DNA from: Carcharhinus longimanus | Lineage: Eukaryota | DNA: 64,000 nt | Assembly: GCA_030264375.1 (NCBI GenBank) | Contig: JASCQW010000061.1 | Coordinates: 116,209,457-116,273,456, forward strand | Direction of reading: 5' to 3' | Part shown: positions 49,014 to 60,065 of the stretch, piece by piece | Layout: the number at the start of each line of letters is the position of its first letter | Numbering within the stretch: position 1 is the first letter of the stretch | Translations under genes and position numbers: made by a program | The notes under the pieces: model-generated | The model's input: only the letters and a program-made list of their open reading frames with translations | Databases searched by the model: none | What the model was told of the DNA's origin: nothing

Positions 49014-49540
49014 CATGCCAGGCAACATCCTGGTAAATGTTTTCTGTACCCTCTCCAAAGCCTCCATGTCCTTTTGGTAATGTAGTGACCAGAATTGAAT
49101 ACTATATTCCAAGTGCGGCCTAAATAAAGATCTATAAAGCTGCAACATGACTTGCCAATTTTTAAGCTCAATCCCCAACCGATGAAGGTAAGTATGCCGT
49201 ATGCCTTCTTGACTACCTTCTCCACCTGCATTGCCACTTTCAGTGACCTATGTAGCTGTACATCCAGATCCTTCAGATTATCAATACTCTTAAGGGCTTT
49301 GTCATTTACNNNNNNNNNNCCTGTAATAGACCTTCCAAAATGCATTACCTCACATTTGTCCGGATAAACTCTGTCTGCAATCTCTCCGCCCAAGTCTCCA
49401 ACCAATCTATGTCCTGCTGTATCCTCTGATGATCTTCATCATGATCTGCAAATCCACCAACCTTTGTGTTGTCTGCAAACTTACTAATCAAACCAGTTAC
49501 ATTTTCCTCCAAATCATTTACATATATTACAAACAAAATT
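49014..49540 (-). mobile_element. CR1 LINE RT fragment
   Basis: ORFs 49345..49536 FVIYVNDL...SKFADNTK and 48861..49178 LYRSLFRPHLEYSIQFW. Confidence 0.92.
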
Positions 49541-49609
49541 TGTCCTGTACATTGGGTATTTTGAACTGTGACTACTGCATTGATGCAATGCCTTAGCTAG
49601 GAAAAATAC

Positions 49610-49935
49610 TTGAGGCATAGATAAGTTGAACAGTTGGAAGCTTTTTCCCAGAGAAGAAATGATAATCACAACAGGATACAAGTTCAAGGTAAAGGGGGGA
49701 AGGTTCAGTGGAGATGTGTGGGGGAGTTTTTTTACACGGAGGGTGGTGGGGGCCTGGAATGCACTGTCAAGTGAGGTGGTTGATGCAGATATGTTAGCGA
49801 CATTTAAGATTTATCTGGATAGTCACATGACCAGGTGGGTTATAAAGGGATACAGGCAGTTGGTCTAGGTAGGACAATGCAATCGGCATAGCCTTGGTGG
49901 GTGAAAAGCCTGTTCCTGTGCTGTACTTTGTTCAT
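49610..49935 (+). mobile_element. CR1 LINE 3' fragment
   Basis: ORF 49626..49868 FFTRRVVGAWNAL. Confidence 0.85.
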
Positions 49936-50744
49936 TGTTAGCATGAAAATTTAGTGCTGCCTGCTTACTTCAATAATGTGCAGCCTATTTAAGAAAGAAT
50001 AACATACAGCCTAGTGCTAAACATACTGCTCTGTGGCTGCATGTCTCCGTGAAAAAAATTCTAATTGCTTTCAAATGAACCTCTACGGGAAAGTCTCTGG
50101 GGGAAAAACTGGATAAGGCCCAAAAACAAACCATTGGCCCATTAGCCATGCACACTCGTTGTAATGCAGACAGCAGTAGGAAGGTACCGACACTCACAGT
50201 TCATTACACATACTGCTATCTACAGACGTGTCTTTCAGAATGGGTTCCCTGCAAGCCCTTGAACCAGCACCCTTCACTACTTCTGTGCCTGTCCCAGCCA
50301 GTGAGCACATAAGGCTATCTCTCAGTGATGTAGGCACCCACTCGATTTATTTTAAAAAGGCAATTATCCCCCCTGATTTTGCCAACTTTGGTTCAGGCTT
50401 GGAGGGCTGAAGGACCTGTTCCTATGCTCTAATTTTCTTTGTTCTTTGTTCTAAATCCTGACTGCACTTGTTAAAGGGGAGATTCATTCTACTTGTAGCG
50501 GATACTGGAAGTGGCTGGGGAAGAAAGTCTGTGCAGGAGGTAGAGGGCAAATGGTGCACTTGAGGGTTCTTTGGTGCAACACTGGTGCCAGCTTTGGTAA
50601 GGTCAGCGCTGCAAATCACCAGCAGGCACATACTGACGTTTATACTGTGATCAAAGTTTCAGGGCCATATTTCTGATAATACTTCGGAAGATAGTCAGAG
50701 GCCACGTTTGGACAAGCTAACATAACTTAAACATCACTCGGCGT

Positions 50745-51250
50745 GGCATTGAGTTTAAAAATTGACAAGTCGTGTTGCAGCTTTATAGAATCTTTGTGAG
50801 GCCACACATGGAATATAGTGTTCAATTCTGGTCGCCACTCGACCAGAAGGATGTGGAGGTTTTGGAAAGGGTATGGAAAAGATTTTCCAGGATGTTGCTT
50901 GAATGGACGGCATTGCTATGAGAAGAGGTTGAAGAAACTTGGTTTGTTCTCACTGGAATGACGCAGGTTGAAGGGCATTCTAAATGAAGTCTACATGATT
51001 ATGAGGGGCATGGACAGAGTGGCTAGCCAGAAGCTTTTTCCTAGGTGGAAGATTCAATTACTAGGCTGCATAGGTTTAAGGTGCAAGGCGAAAGGATTAA
51101 AGGAGATGTATGAGGCAGGATAGTGGGTGTCTGGAACTCGCTGCCAGGGGAGGTAGTGGAAGCAGATATGATAGTGACTTTTAAGGGTCGTCTGGACAAA
51201 TACATGAATAGGATGGGAATAGAGGGATATGGTCCCTGGAAAAGTAGGGG
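50745..51250 (+). mobile_element. CR1 LINE fragment
   Basis: LYRIFVRPHMEYSVQFW remnant continuing to the 3' region. Confidence 0.85.
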
Positions 51251-51256
51251 ATTTTA

Positions 51257-51680
51257 GAACATAGAACACTACAGCACAAACTGGCCCTTTGGCCCACAAG
51301 TTGCACCGATCATATCCCTACCTACCAGGCCTATCTATGACCCTCAATCTCATTAAATCCCATGTACTCATCCAGAAGTCTCTTAAAAGACCCCAACGAG
51401 TTCACCTCCACCACCACCGACGGCAGCTGATTCCACTCACTCACCACCCTCTGAGTGAAAAACTTACCCCTGATATCTCCTCTGTACTTAATCCCCAGCA
51501 CCTTAAACCTGTGTCCTCTCGTAGCGACCATTTCAGCCTTGGGAAAAAGCCTCTGAGAATCCACCCGATCTATACCTCTCAACATTCTTATACACCTCTA
51601 TCAGGTCACCTCTCAGCCTTCGTCTCTCTAAGGAGAAAAGACCGAGCTCCCTCAACCTGTCCTCACAAGGCATGCCACCC
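51257..51680 (-). mobile_element. Young CR1 LINE 3' fragment
   Basis: ORF 51331..51585 is nearly the same as the copies at 2432 (-) and 34470 (+). Confidence 0.9.
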
Positions 51681-52677
51681 ATGGCTCTTGCCAGCCCTCT
51701 CCTGAGCCCTCACTGCCTCTTTCCCCAGCCCTTGGCACACACTCCCCAGCTTTCACTGCCCCCTGTCCCCTGCCTCTCTCCCAGCTGTCACTATAGGAAC
51801 GCCACCACCAACAAGTTCCCCTCATTGCCACTTACCATCCTGACTTGGAAAACTGTATCATTGTTGCTTCACTGTCACTGAGCCAAAATCCTGGAACTTC
51901 TAATGGGTGTACCTAATACAAGTGTGCCTTTCATAACCTATGTATTTATACCAGATGAACTGCCGGGGTTCCTGGAGGCAACTCACTACCACTTTCTCTG
52001 GGGCAGTTAGCAATGAGTTGGCACTGCCAGTCTTGCTCACATCTCATGAAAGATTAAAAAACAGTGCAGCCAACTTGCAGATGGTAAGATTCCACAAACA
52101 GCTCCAAGGATGTCTGACCAGTTGGCCTGATTTGATATTTAGATGTGAGAACTTTGGAATTAACTCCCTACTTCTCTCTGAGTAATGCTGCAAAATCTTT
52201 TACAATAACTTGAGCAGACAGTTGGGAGGGGTTTTGGACCAGCATCTCATCCATTAAACTGCAACAATGAAGCCCTCCCTCAGTATTATGTTAAAGAATT
52301 GATCTATATTTAAACCATGAGGTTTGGCTTGAAGCTAAAGTTTGTGACTCGGATGCTATCTATTCCGACACTTCATAGTATTTCATCTTTCTTTGGAGGC
52401 CTGTTATCCCTGAATAAAGATTCGTGAGGATAGCGCAGTGCTGGAGCTTGTGCAGATAAATATTGATGGGGCTTCTGACAGATGAAAGTGTCGACCAGCT
52501 GTGCTTCTTACCCTGTTTTGCACAATCTGGTTAATCCTCGAGAGCTATTGCCTAGATTCACCTGACAGAATCACAGCCGTCATAGCTGAAATTTGGTGAG
52601 AAATGTAATCCCTCCCCCTGTATTCCTTTCCACTCCTGGTTCTCAGTTTTCCTTTTGATATCTCTGTTTTATTAAAG

Positions 52678-52740
52678 CTGGATGCTGGTATCACTGAGGG
52701 AGTGGTGGAGCTGTCAAACCCAAGCGTGTTTGATACTGTG
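52678..52740 (+). CDS. AMPH: Amphiphysin linker exon: LDAGITEGVVELSNPSVFDTV
   Basis: Long pyrimidine tract + AAG, GTGAGT donor 52741; 63 nt, phase 0-0, no stop. Confidence 0.7.
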
Positions 52741-53012
52741 GTGAGTCACATCTCCTCCGGAGTTTTCTAATTCCATAATCTGACTTCTGGCAGCCTTGTC
52801 TTCAGACCTTATGTTCTGCTGGATGGATGCACAATGTGCCTGAAAGAACTGAATTGCAGTAATGCCTGAAACATTAGATTGTATGGTAAAGTTGATTTGG
52901 ATGTAGTGATTATGCTACCAGACTAGTAATTTAAACTTCAGGCTTGAACTGGAGTTAATATCCAGTTTGAGAATTTGAATTCAATTATTCTTTTAAAATA
53001 TGGAAAGGACGA

Positions 53013-55337
53013 TGCAGTAACACGGCCCCTCTGTTAGCTGGTCATGTGCCCTGCCTGGGACCTATCAGAATGAAGTAGGTGAAGCTCGGCCTATGGGAAG
53101 GTAGGGGTGCGGGTCTGGGGAGGAATAAAACCCTCGGTGTGAGCCCTGGAGTCAGAGAGTAAAAACCTATTGTTAGTGTTGAGCTTGTACATTGTTTTGC
53201 TGCTGTTACTGTTGAATAAATCACCATTGTGATTTAAAGCTTCCTGGTCGTGTTATCTTGCGTTACTACATTGGCAATGAGAGTAGATCGGACCATAGTC
53301 GCGCTTACAACAATTTGGAGGAGGGTGAGAAGGGTGAGCTCTTGAAAGCCTGTGAGGAAGAAAGATAAAAAGTCATCCTTAGCAACCATAGTCAAATAGC
53401 CATACCATTATTTGGGAAAATTGATCCCTTTGATCCATAAGACCATAAGAAATAGGAACAGCAGTAGGCCATTTGGCCCCTCAAGCCTGCTGCACCATTC
53501 AATAGGATCATGGCTGATCCAATGTTTCTCACGTCCACTTTCCCATATCCCTTGATTCCTTTACTGATCAAAAAGCTACCTCAGCTTTAAATATACACAG
53601 GATTCTGTCACTGACCTCTTCCTTACACCCAATGTCAAAAAGTTAAGGTTGAATTAAAATGCTTGGAAGAGCTAGGGATAATTAAACTAGAGGTACATCA
53701 AAAGGTTTATTTTGCAAAGATAACTTCATAAGAAAAAGGAAAAGCTAGTTTACTCACAGTTTGCAACCCACAAATGTATAACTTCGTATGAAACCCTGAA
53801 ATTTCCTGAGGGTCTGGATACCAAATCCCTTGATCAACCAATAGCACTGGGAAACACCACCCCAGTCCCTGAACCTTCATGAGTATGCAATTGTAAAAGT
53901 TCCATTCAGCCATTAGAATAATTGAGAATTATCGGAATCGGAATAATTGAGACCCTAATTGTTGCAAAGGGATGAAATTAGCTGTGAAGGCAGGGTCTTC
54001 AGATGGGGGTCCCAAATGATAGTACCAGCCTTGGACAGCAGGCACTTCTACAGGAGCTGCACAGAACCCATCCTGGGCAGACCAAGATGAAGATCATAGA
54101 ATCCCTACAGTACAGAAGGAGGCCATTTGGCCCATCAAGTCTGTGCTGACTACAATCCCACTCAGATACTATTCCAGTAACCCCACACTAGGTTCAATTT
54201 AGCGTGGCCAGTCAACCGAACCACACATCTTTGGAATGTGAGAGGAAACTGGAGCGTGCAAACGAAACCCATGCAGACACAGGGAAAAAGTGTAAACTCC
54301 ACATAGATGGTGACTGAAGCCGGAATTGAACCTGTGTCCCTGGTACTGTGAGGCAGCAGTGCTAAACACTGTGCCACCATGCCATCCTTCCAGATGTTGA
54401 TCAGGAGCTACAGTTGGTGGCCTGAATTTAGCAAAGAAATAGAGAATGTGGTCCAAGTCATGCATTTGATGACTTTTTGTCAGCTACTGTCGATAAGCTG
54501 GGACAAATCTTCACAATACTTGGTATCCCTGAAATGATAGTTTCTCACAACAGCACCGCTTTCACAGCCAAAGAATTTCAACTTACAGAAAGCCCCTTAT
54601 CACTCTGCTTCCAATGGGTTGGCAGAAAAAGCAGTACAAACTTTTAACCCTCAACGTGAAAGCAGTACAACAGACCACTGCCACTCAGGTTAGCCAATTT
54701 TCTTCTCTCATACAACACAACCCATGGCATCCTTACAGTGTAGAAGGAGGCCTTTGGCCCATCAAATCTGCACCACCTTTCTGAGAGAGTATCTTACCCA
54801 GGAAGAGCACATAGACCAGATAATAAGGCAGGTAGCTGCAAATCCCCACTGGATGTGTGGACACAGTGGTAGTTTCAAGTGTGCCAACAATCAAGTTGGC
54901 GATAGCTGAACCAAGTATTTCACAAGGGGAATCTCAGGTGTCAGCAGAAGGAGCGGAAGAGGCATTTTTGGAACCTATGAATCTGCCTACCACTGTTTAT
55001 AGACACTGCTACCTCAACCCAGGAGTTGTAGAGTTGCAGTGCTCTGCAAAAGTCCAAAAGTCTGCAGATTGACTGACTCCCTTTTTCTGGAAATTCTGCT
55101 CTGTTGTAAATAATTGTATATCAAAGTCTTTTTGTGTGTATATCTAGGGGCATTCGGGGGAGGGAAGTAGAATGTGGTAGCGCACCCCCTTTATGGGCTC
55201 AGCATTCGTGGGTCACATGATCTGTACAGGGCCTGTCAGAATGGAGCACATGAACCTTGGCCAATGGGAAGGTAGAGCATGGGTCCGAGGAGGAAGGAAA
55301 CTCTGTGTGAGCCCTGGAGTTGGAGATTAAAAACCTG
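53013..55337 (+). mobile_element. Internally deleted Gypsy LTR retrotransposon with nested CR1 and SINE insertions
   Basis: 5' LTR 53013-53270 (tgcagtaac...gttactaca); PBS-like TGGCAATGAG; gag start PLFGKIDPFD ~53404; integrase GIPEMIVSHNSTAFT...PYHSASNGLAEKAVQTF ~54520-54645; PPT ~55156-55167; 3' LTR from 55173. Confidence 0.82.
54095..54385 (-). mobile_element. V-SINE/HE1-type SINE inside the Gypsy element
   Basis: Reverse-complement head, V domain and tail. Confidence 0.88.
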
Positions 55338-56110
55338 GGCCAGAATATTCCCAAGAAAATTCTAAGTGTCGAATTCATGTGAAAACTGGAGTAATTCAAT
55401 GAGAGTTCAGAGAAGAATCTCCCACATTCTGCGCTGCAGAGATCCCCAGCGTGAATATCATTAAAGGCTATGGGGCGGGCCCTATCCCAGCTGGAAAGGC
55501 TTAATTCTCATGCGCCCGATTTGTCAGTGTCGAGATTGGCATATGTGCCTTAGTCCTGCACTGCCGACCTTGCAATCACTGGCCAGCTTAATCGCTGACC
55601 AGCACTGCATTGCTGGTCCTCCACCATCCCACGATATGATCGCTGCCCCCAACCTCCCCACGACCATTCCTGGCCCCAATCCCCAGCCCACCCCCTCCCA
55701 GTCCGGGAGGGGGATCAGTGAGGGGATGCTGGATATGGGGGCAGGAAGAGGGTTGGGACTCGGTTGGGGTGGGGGGGGGCAGCAGTTGAGCCATGGGGGG
55801 CATTGCAGGGGTCACGGGGCTGGCCTGCGAGCTGGCCAGCAATCATGAGACTGTTAGGACGGCGCTACTATCGCATGCGCCAATCTCCGCACTGATAGAT
55901 CGGCGCATGTGCAGTAGCCCCACTCAGTGCGCTGATTTTAACCCTTCCTGCAGGGATAAGTCCCACCCCCTGGTTTTTAATGATATTCATGCTGGTTGCC
56001 TCTGCAGTGCAGAGAGTGGGAGGTTCTTCTCTGAACTCCTACTGAGAAAACCAGCATGATTTACTCCAGTTTTCATGTAAATTCGACACTTTGAATATTT
56101 TGGCACAATT
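55338..56110. mobile_element. Foldback/MITE-like element with long imperfect terminal inverted repeats
   Basis: Left arm aattctaagtgtcgaattcatgtgaaaactggagtaattca pairs with right arm tgatttactccagttttcatgtaaattcgacactttgaat; arms ~200-250 bp; C-rich/G-rich centre. Confidence 0.78.
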
Positions 56111-56592
56111 CCAATGCCAGGTTTCAGTTTGCTGGATCATTGGACGTAACGCTAGGTAGCAATGAGATGTACCGATGAATGTGCTGCAGCTAAGGAGAGC
56201 TGGGATCAGCATCCTCCTGGGTAAGTAGATTGGGAACTTTGGGATGGGTTTGAATTTATATAGTGAGGAAAGGGAAAGCAGAAGATTTGGAATAGTTTGG
56301 AAAGGTAAGTAAGCTCCAGGTATATAAAAAACAAAGAGGTCAGAAAGTTCAAAGAGGTTTATGTTGACTGAAGAGTTCACAGTCTATGTTCATTGTATGG
56401 GATTTTAGAATTTGTAAGCATTGAATCTGCATAAAAGCAATAAATCAGTGACCCTTGCTGTTAAGTTGCAGCAAAATTTGTCAAATTAGTTCATTAGATC
56501 AGACTTTTGTTTCCATCTCATACAGCGTTGAGTTTTTAATTGTCTTGTGTGCTTGAAGCTCTAACACAGCTCCCTTACTCTGCTCTCCAAAG

Positions 56593-56703
56593 ATCAACAC
56601 AGAATCCACTCTTGCTGAGGAGCCCAAGGCTCCAGAAGCAGGTATTGAGCCCCCCCAGGATGTTGTCCCTGCTGTGCCAAGTGAAGCTGCAGAGGAGGTT
56701 GTG
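56593..56703 (+). CDS. AMPH: Amphiphysin linker exon: INTESTLAEEPKAPEAGIEPPQDVVPAVPSEAAEEVV
   Basis: ctaac branch-like site, pyrimidine tract + AAG, GTGAGT donor 56704; 111 nt; resembles the recalled human EPKAEEPLAAV...EEAV region. Confidence 0.82.
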
Positions 56704-57388
56704 GTGAGTCCCACTGACTGACTGTGGACTGATTTAATTCACAGCAAGTGCTTCATTCATCCCATCCCTCCTCCTTTGTTATAGCTCAAACAGCAGAAAT
56801 GTTTTTTCTGTTCAATTTTGCATGTGTACACATATGTCCTCCATGCAGCCCTCACACCCATGCCCCTTCCATGTCTCTCCATATCTCCCGTGCCCTCTCA
56901 TACCCTTATATTCAACCCCTCCCCCCCCCCCCACCGCCCCTTCCATTCCCCCTGTGCATTCTCTATATCCATTCTCCTAGTATCCACTATGTACGGAACC
57001 AATAAGCCATTGGACAGCCTGACATATATTTGAAATAAGTTTGAAACAGGCAGAATAAGTAGATATTCAATTTCCAACCTCTTCAATGCTTAGTGAGCCA
57101 CAGACATTCATAGTATCCAATTCAGACCTCTTAATCTTGTGTAAATAAACACANNNNNNNNNNNNNNNNNNNNNNNNNNNNNNNNNNNNNNNNNNNNNNN
57201 NNNNNNNNNNNNNNNNNNNNNNNNNNNNNNNNNNNNNNNNNNNNNNNNNNNNNTAGTATCCAATTCAGACCTCTTAATCTTGTGTAAATAAACACACCTG
57301 CAGTGAACAAAACTCTTCAAAGTAACAACAGATTTTTACACAATAATAAAGTTGTCAATCAAGCAAAGTTTTCACTCTCTTCTGCAGT

Positions 57389-57722
57389 TAGAATCACAGA
57401 ATCCGACAGTGCAGAAAGAGGCCATTCACACCATTGAGCCTCCGCTGACAACAATCCCTCTGAGTCCCTATCCCCATAACCCCACGTATTTACCTTGCTA
57501 ATCCGCTGAACCCAAACATCTTAGGACACTAAGGGGCAATTTATCATGGTCAATCAACCTAACCTGCACATCTTTGGACTGTAGGAGGGAACTCGAGTAC
57601 CCAGAGGAAACCCAGCAGACGCTGGGAGAACATGCAAACTCCACACAGGCAGTGACCCAAAACTGTAATTGAACCCGGGTCCCTGGTACTGTGAGGCAGC
57701 AGTGCTAACCACTGTGCCACCC
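57389..57722 (-). mobile_element. V-SINE/HE1-type SINE
   Basis: Reverse-complement head ggggtggcacagtggttagcactgctgcctcacag, V domain and tail. Confidence 0.9.
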
Positions 57723-58606
57723 CATTGTATAAACATTGTTAAGATCTAAGTGCATTAGTCATTCTTGGCACTGAGCCAGGAATTCATAATGAGGCCATCT
57801 GGTAACCATGTCAACAAAAACAGGCTAAACAGATGGCATCATGAATGCTAATGAATAAAAAAATCCTTCTAACATTGATAATATGAATGGCTGTGATTAA
57901 TTGGCAACTTTATGATAAGGTAAGAAGGCCAATGGGAATGTAGAATGGCTGTTTTTGTTTTTGGTTGATGATTTCAGTTCTCCCTTGTTTCATGATTCCT
58001 CTGAGAGATGTCAAATCACATCAACTAAGAAAGAACTTGGCTCCCCCAAAATTGCAGAGGAATTTGAACTGTCCACCTCCACGATGGAGCCAGCAAGGAC
58101 AAGAGTGCTATGTGTAGGTTGGCTACCCAAACTCTTATCCTACACCAGTGTAAATGGCCAGAAATGGGAATGAGAGTGGAAACACACCATTTTAAAGGAC
58201 TCCCAAGTCAGCCCAATTTGACAATAATCCAGGCCATTAACTCTGTTTCACACCCCACATATGCTGCCTGATTTACAGGGTATTTTCTGTTTTACAGTTA
58301 TCACAGTGATTTTGCCCTGATACAAAAAAGCTTGGGCTGAATGTTCACAGTTTCAAAAGATACATTTGCTACCACTGCTGTTTTTAGCATTTTAGGGAGT
58401 CCATCTCAGTATTGAAATGTTTCTCATCCTTAAGTATGTTTTTAAGGAATACCCATTGCTCGAATCCCATCAGAGAAACCATTCTTCTTTGAGTTATCCC
58501 TTTGATCATTTCAAGTCACATTATGTTCTTATGTTTTACACAATTAGATTGATGCTGGAGGTATATTCAAGCTGAAATAATTCCCATTTTTTTTCCTCCC
58601 ATCAAG

Positions 58607-58666
58607 GAGAGTAAGGAGCCTGAGGTACAGGAACCAGCTGTAAGTGCTGAGACTGGCAGCTCTGAG
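58607..58666 (+). CDS. AMPH: Amphiphysin 60-nt repeat exon, copy 1: ESKEPEVQEPAVSAETGSSE
   Basis: ttttttttcctcccatcAAG acceptor, GAG|GTATGT donor; phase 0-0; paralogous to 63702..63761. Confidence 0.8.
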
Positions 58667-60065
58667 GTATGTCAATGGGGTCTTAATGACTGCGTAAAAA
58701 AAAGTAGATCATCTCTTCACTATGGTTAAATATCTATCATCAAAATCTCATCCCTACAATTAGTTCTCCACAAATGGAACTGTTTCAAGTGCGTCAGAGA
58801 CGCTTGTGCACATTATGAAAGAAGACTGTGATATTCCTGCTATGCAAATAATTGGGTGCATTTGACAGCAACCCTTTGCTGATCGAGCACTGGTGGCACA
58901 TTCAGCCCTTGAGAAATAACGCAGTTAATGAGTACATTTAACCCATTCTGAAGGCGGTTGGCATAAAGGACTGAATAAAGTCAAACTCTGCCTTCATTAC
59001 ATGTTGTGATTTTTTTTTTAACTGAGTGTTTTGCAGCTTGAATACTTCTATCAGATTTCCTCTGTTAAAAAAAAAACTAACTGGGCATATACAAGGAGTT
59101 ACTTTGTGTAACTTAGGGTTATGGGGTTAAAGGGTGTAAAAGACATTGAAGTGTCTGATCAGCCATGATCATATTGAATGGTGGGGCAGGCTTGATGGGT
59201 TGAATGGCCTACTCATGTTCTTATTCCTATTAATACTTTCCCTTGCACTACCAACCTGTGCTTATGCCTACTGGTTCAAGAGCCAATGATGACAACCTTT
59301 GATAGCAGGATAGTTTGCATTTAGAAAACATTTTACAAAGTTGTTTGCGCAGTTATGATGGGCTGAATAATCTTCTGTCTGCAAGATTCTATGGAGGAAT
59401 TTTAACCTTCCCAAAAACAGGCAGGTTGAGTGTGAAGTCACAGTTTTAGAAATCTGATTCCAGCGCCCAAGATGTCAATTTCTTGATAGTAGCAGGATGG
59501 GGAGGTGGGCAGCTAACCCACTCCAGAAGAGGCAGATTGACATTTTAAACACCCCAAGGAGGCTGCATGCTTCATTATTATTCACTGTTTGATTTCATGA
59601 GCCTCGGGGAAAACTCCAAAGCTTAAGCCAGGAGGAATCTGATGGATCCAGCAGGTAAGTACCTTTCTTGGGATGGTCTGAATCTGTGTGCCTGCAAGTG
59701 CTCCAGCCTCCACCCAACCTTCTTAAAGACTCTGACCTACCCCACAGGTCTCCACTCAGATCTCTAATCCACCTTCTATTTTCCATGAGGCATCTGAATC
59801 CCATGGCCGCTCTTAGCCTAGGCCTCCAATAGCACCCTTCAAGGAGTTTGATCCTCCGCTTGCCCTATCAAAGTTTCTGACCTCCCTTCAAAGTCTCTGA
59901 TCTCCCCCCCCACCCCCCTCAAAATAATTCTTGAATACAGAAGCCTACCCCGCACCACTGACACCTATTCACATCCCCTGTCTGGTTCAGCTCACGATTC
60001 AATGTGAAGTAATATTTTGAGTTAAGTTTTTTGTTTCCAGACTAATGTTGCATTCCTTTTATTGT

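Noticed and set aside
57111-57296. 43-bp direct repeat flanking a 100-N gap
   Set aside because: Same assembly-overlap artefact.
59640-59662. Strong donor-like CAG|GTAAGT
   Set aside because: Lies inside a repeat-like segment with no convincing upstream acceptor giving an AMPH-compatible exon.
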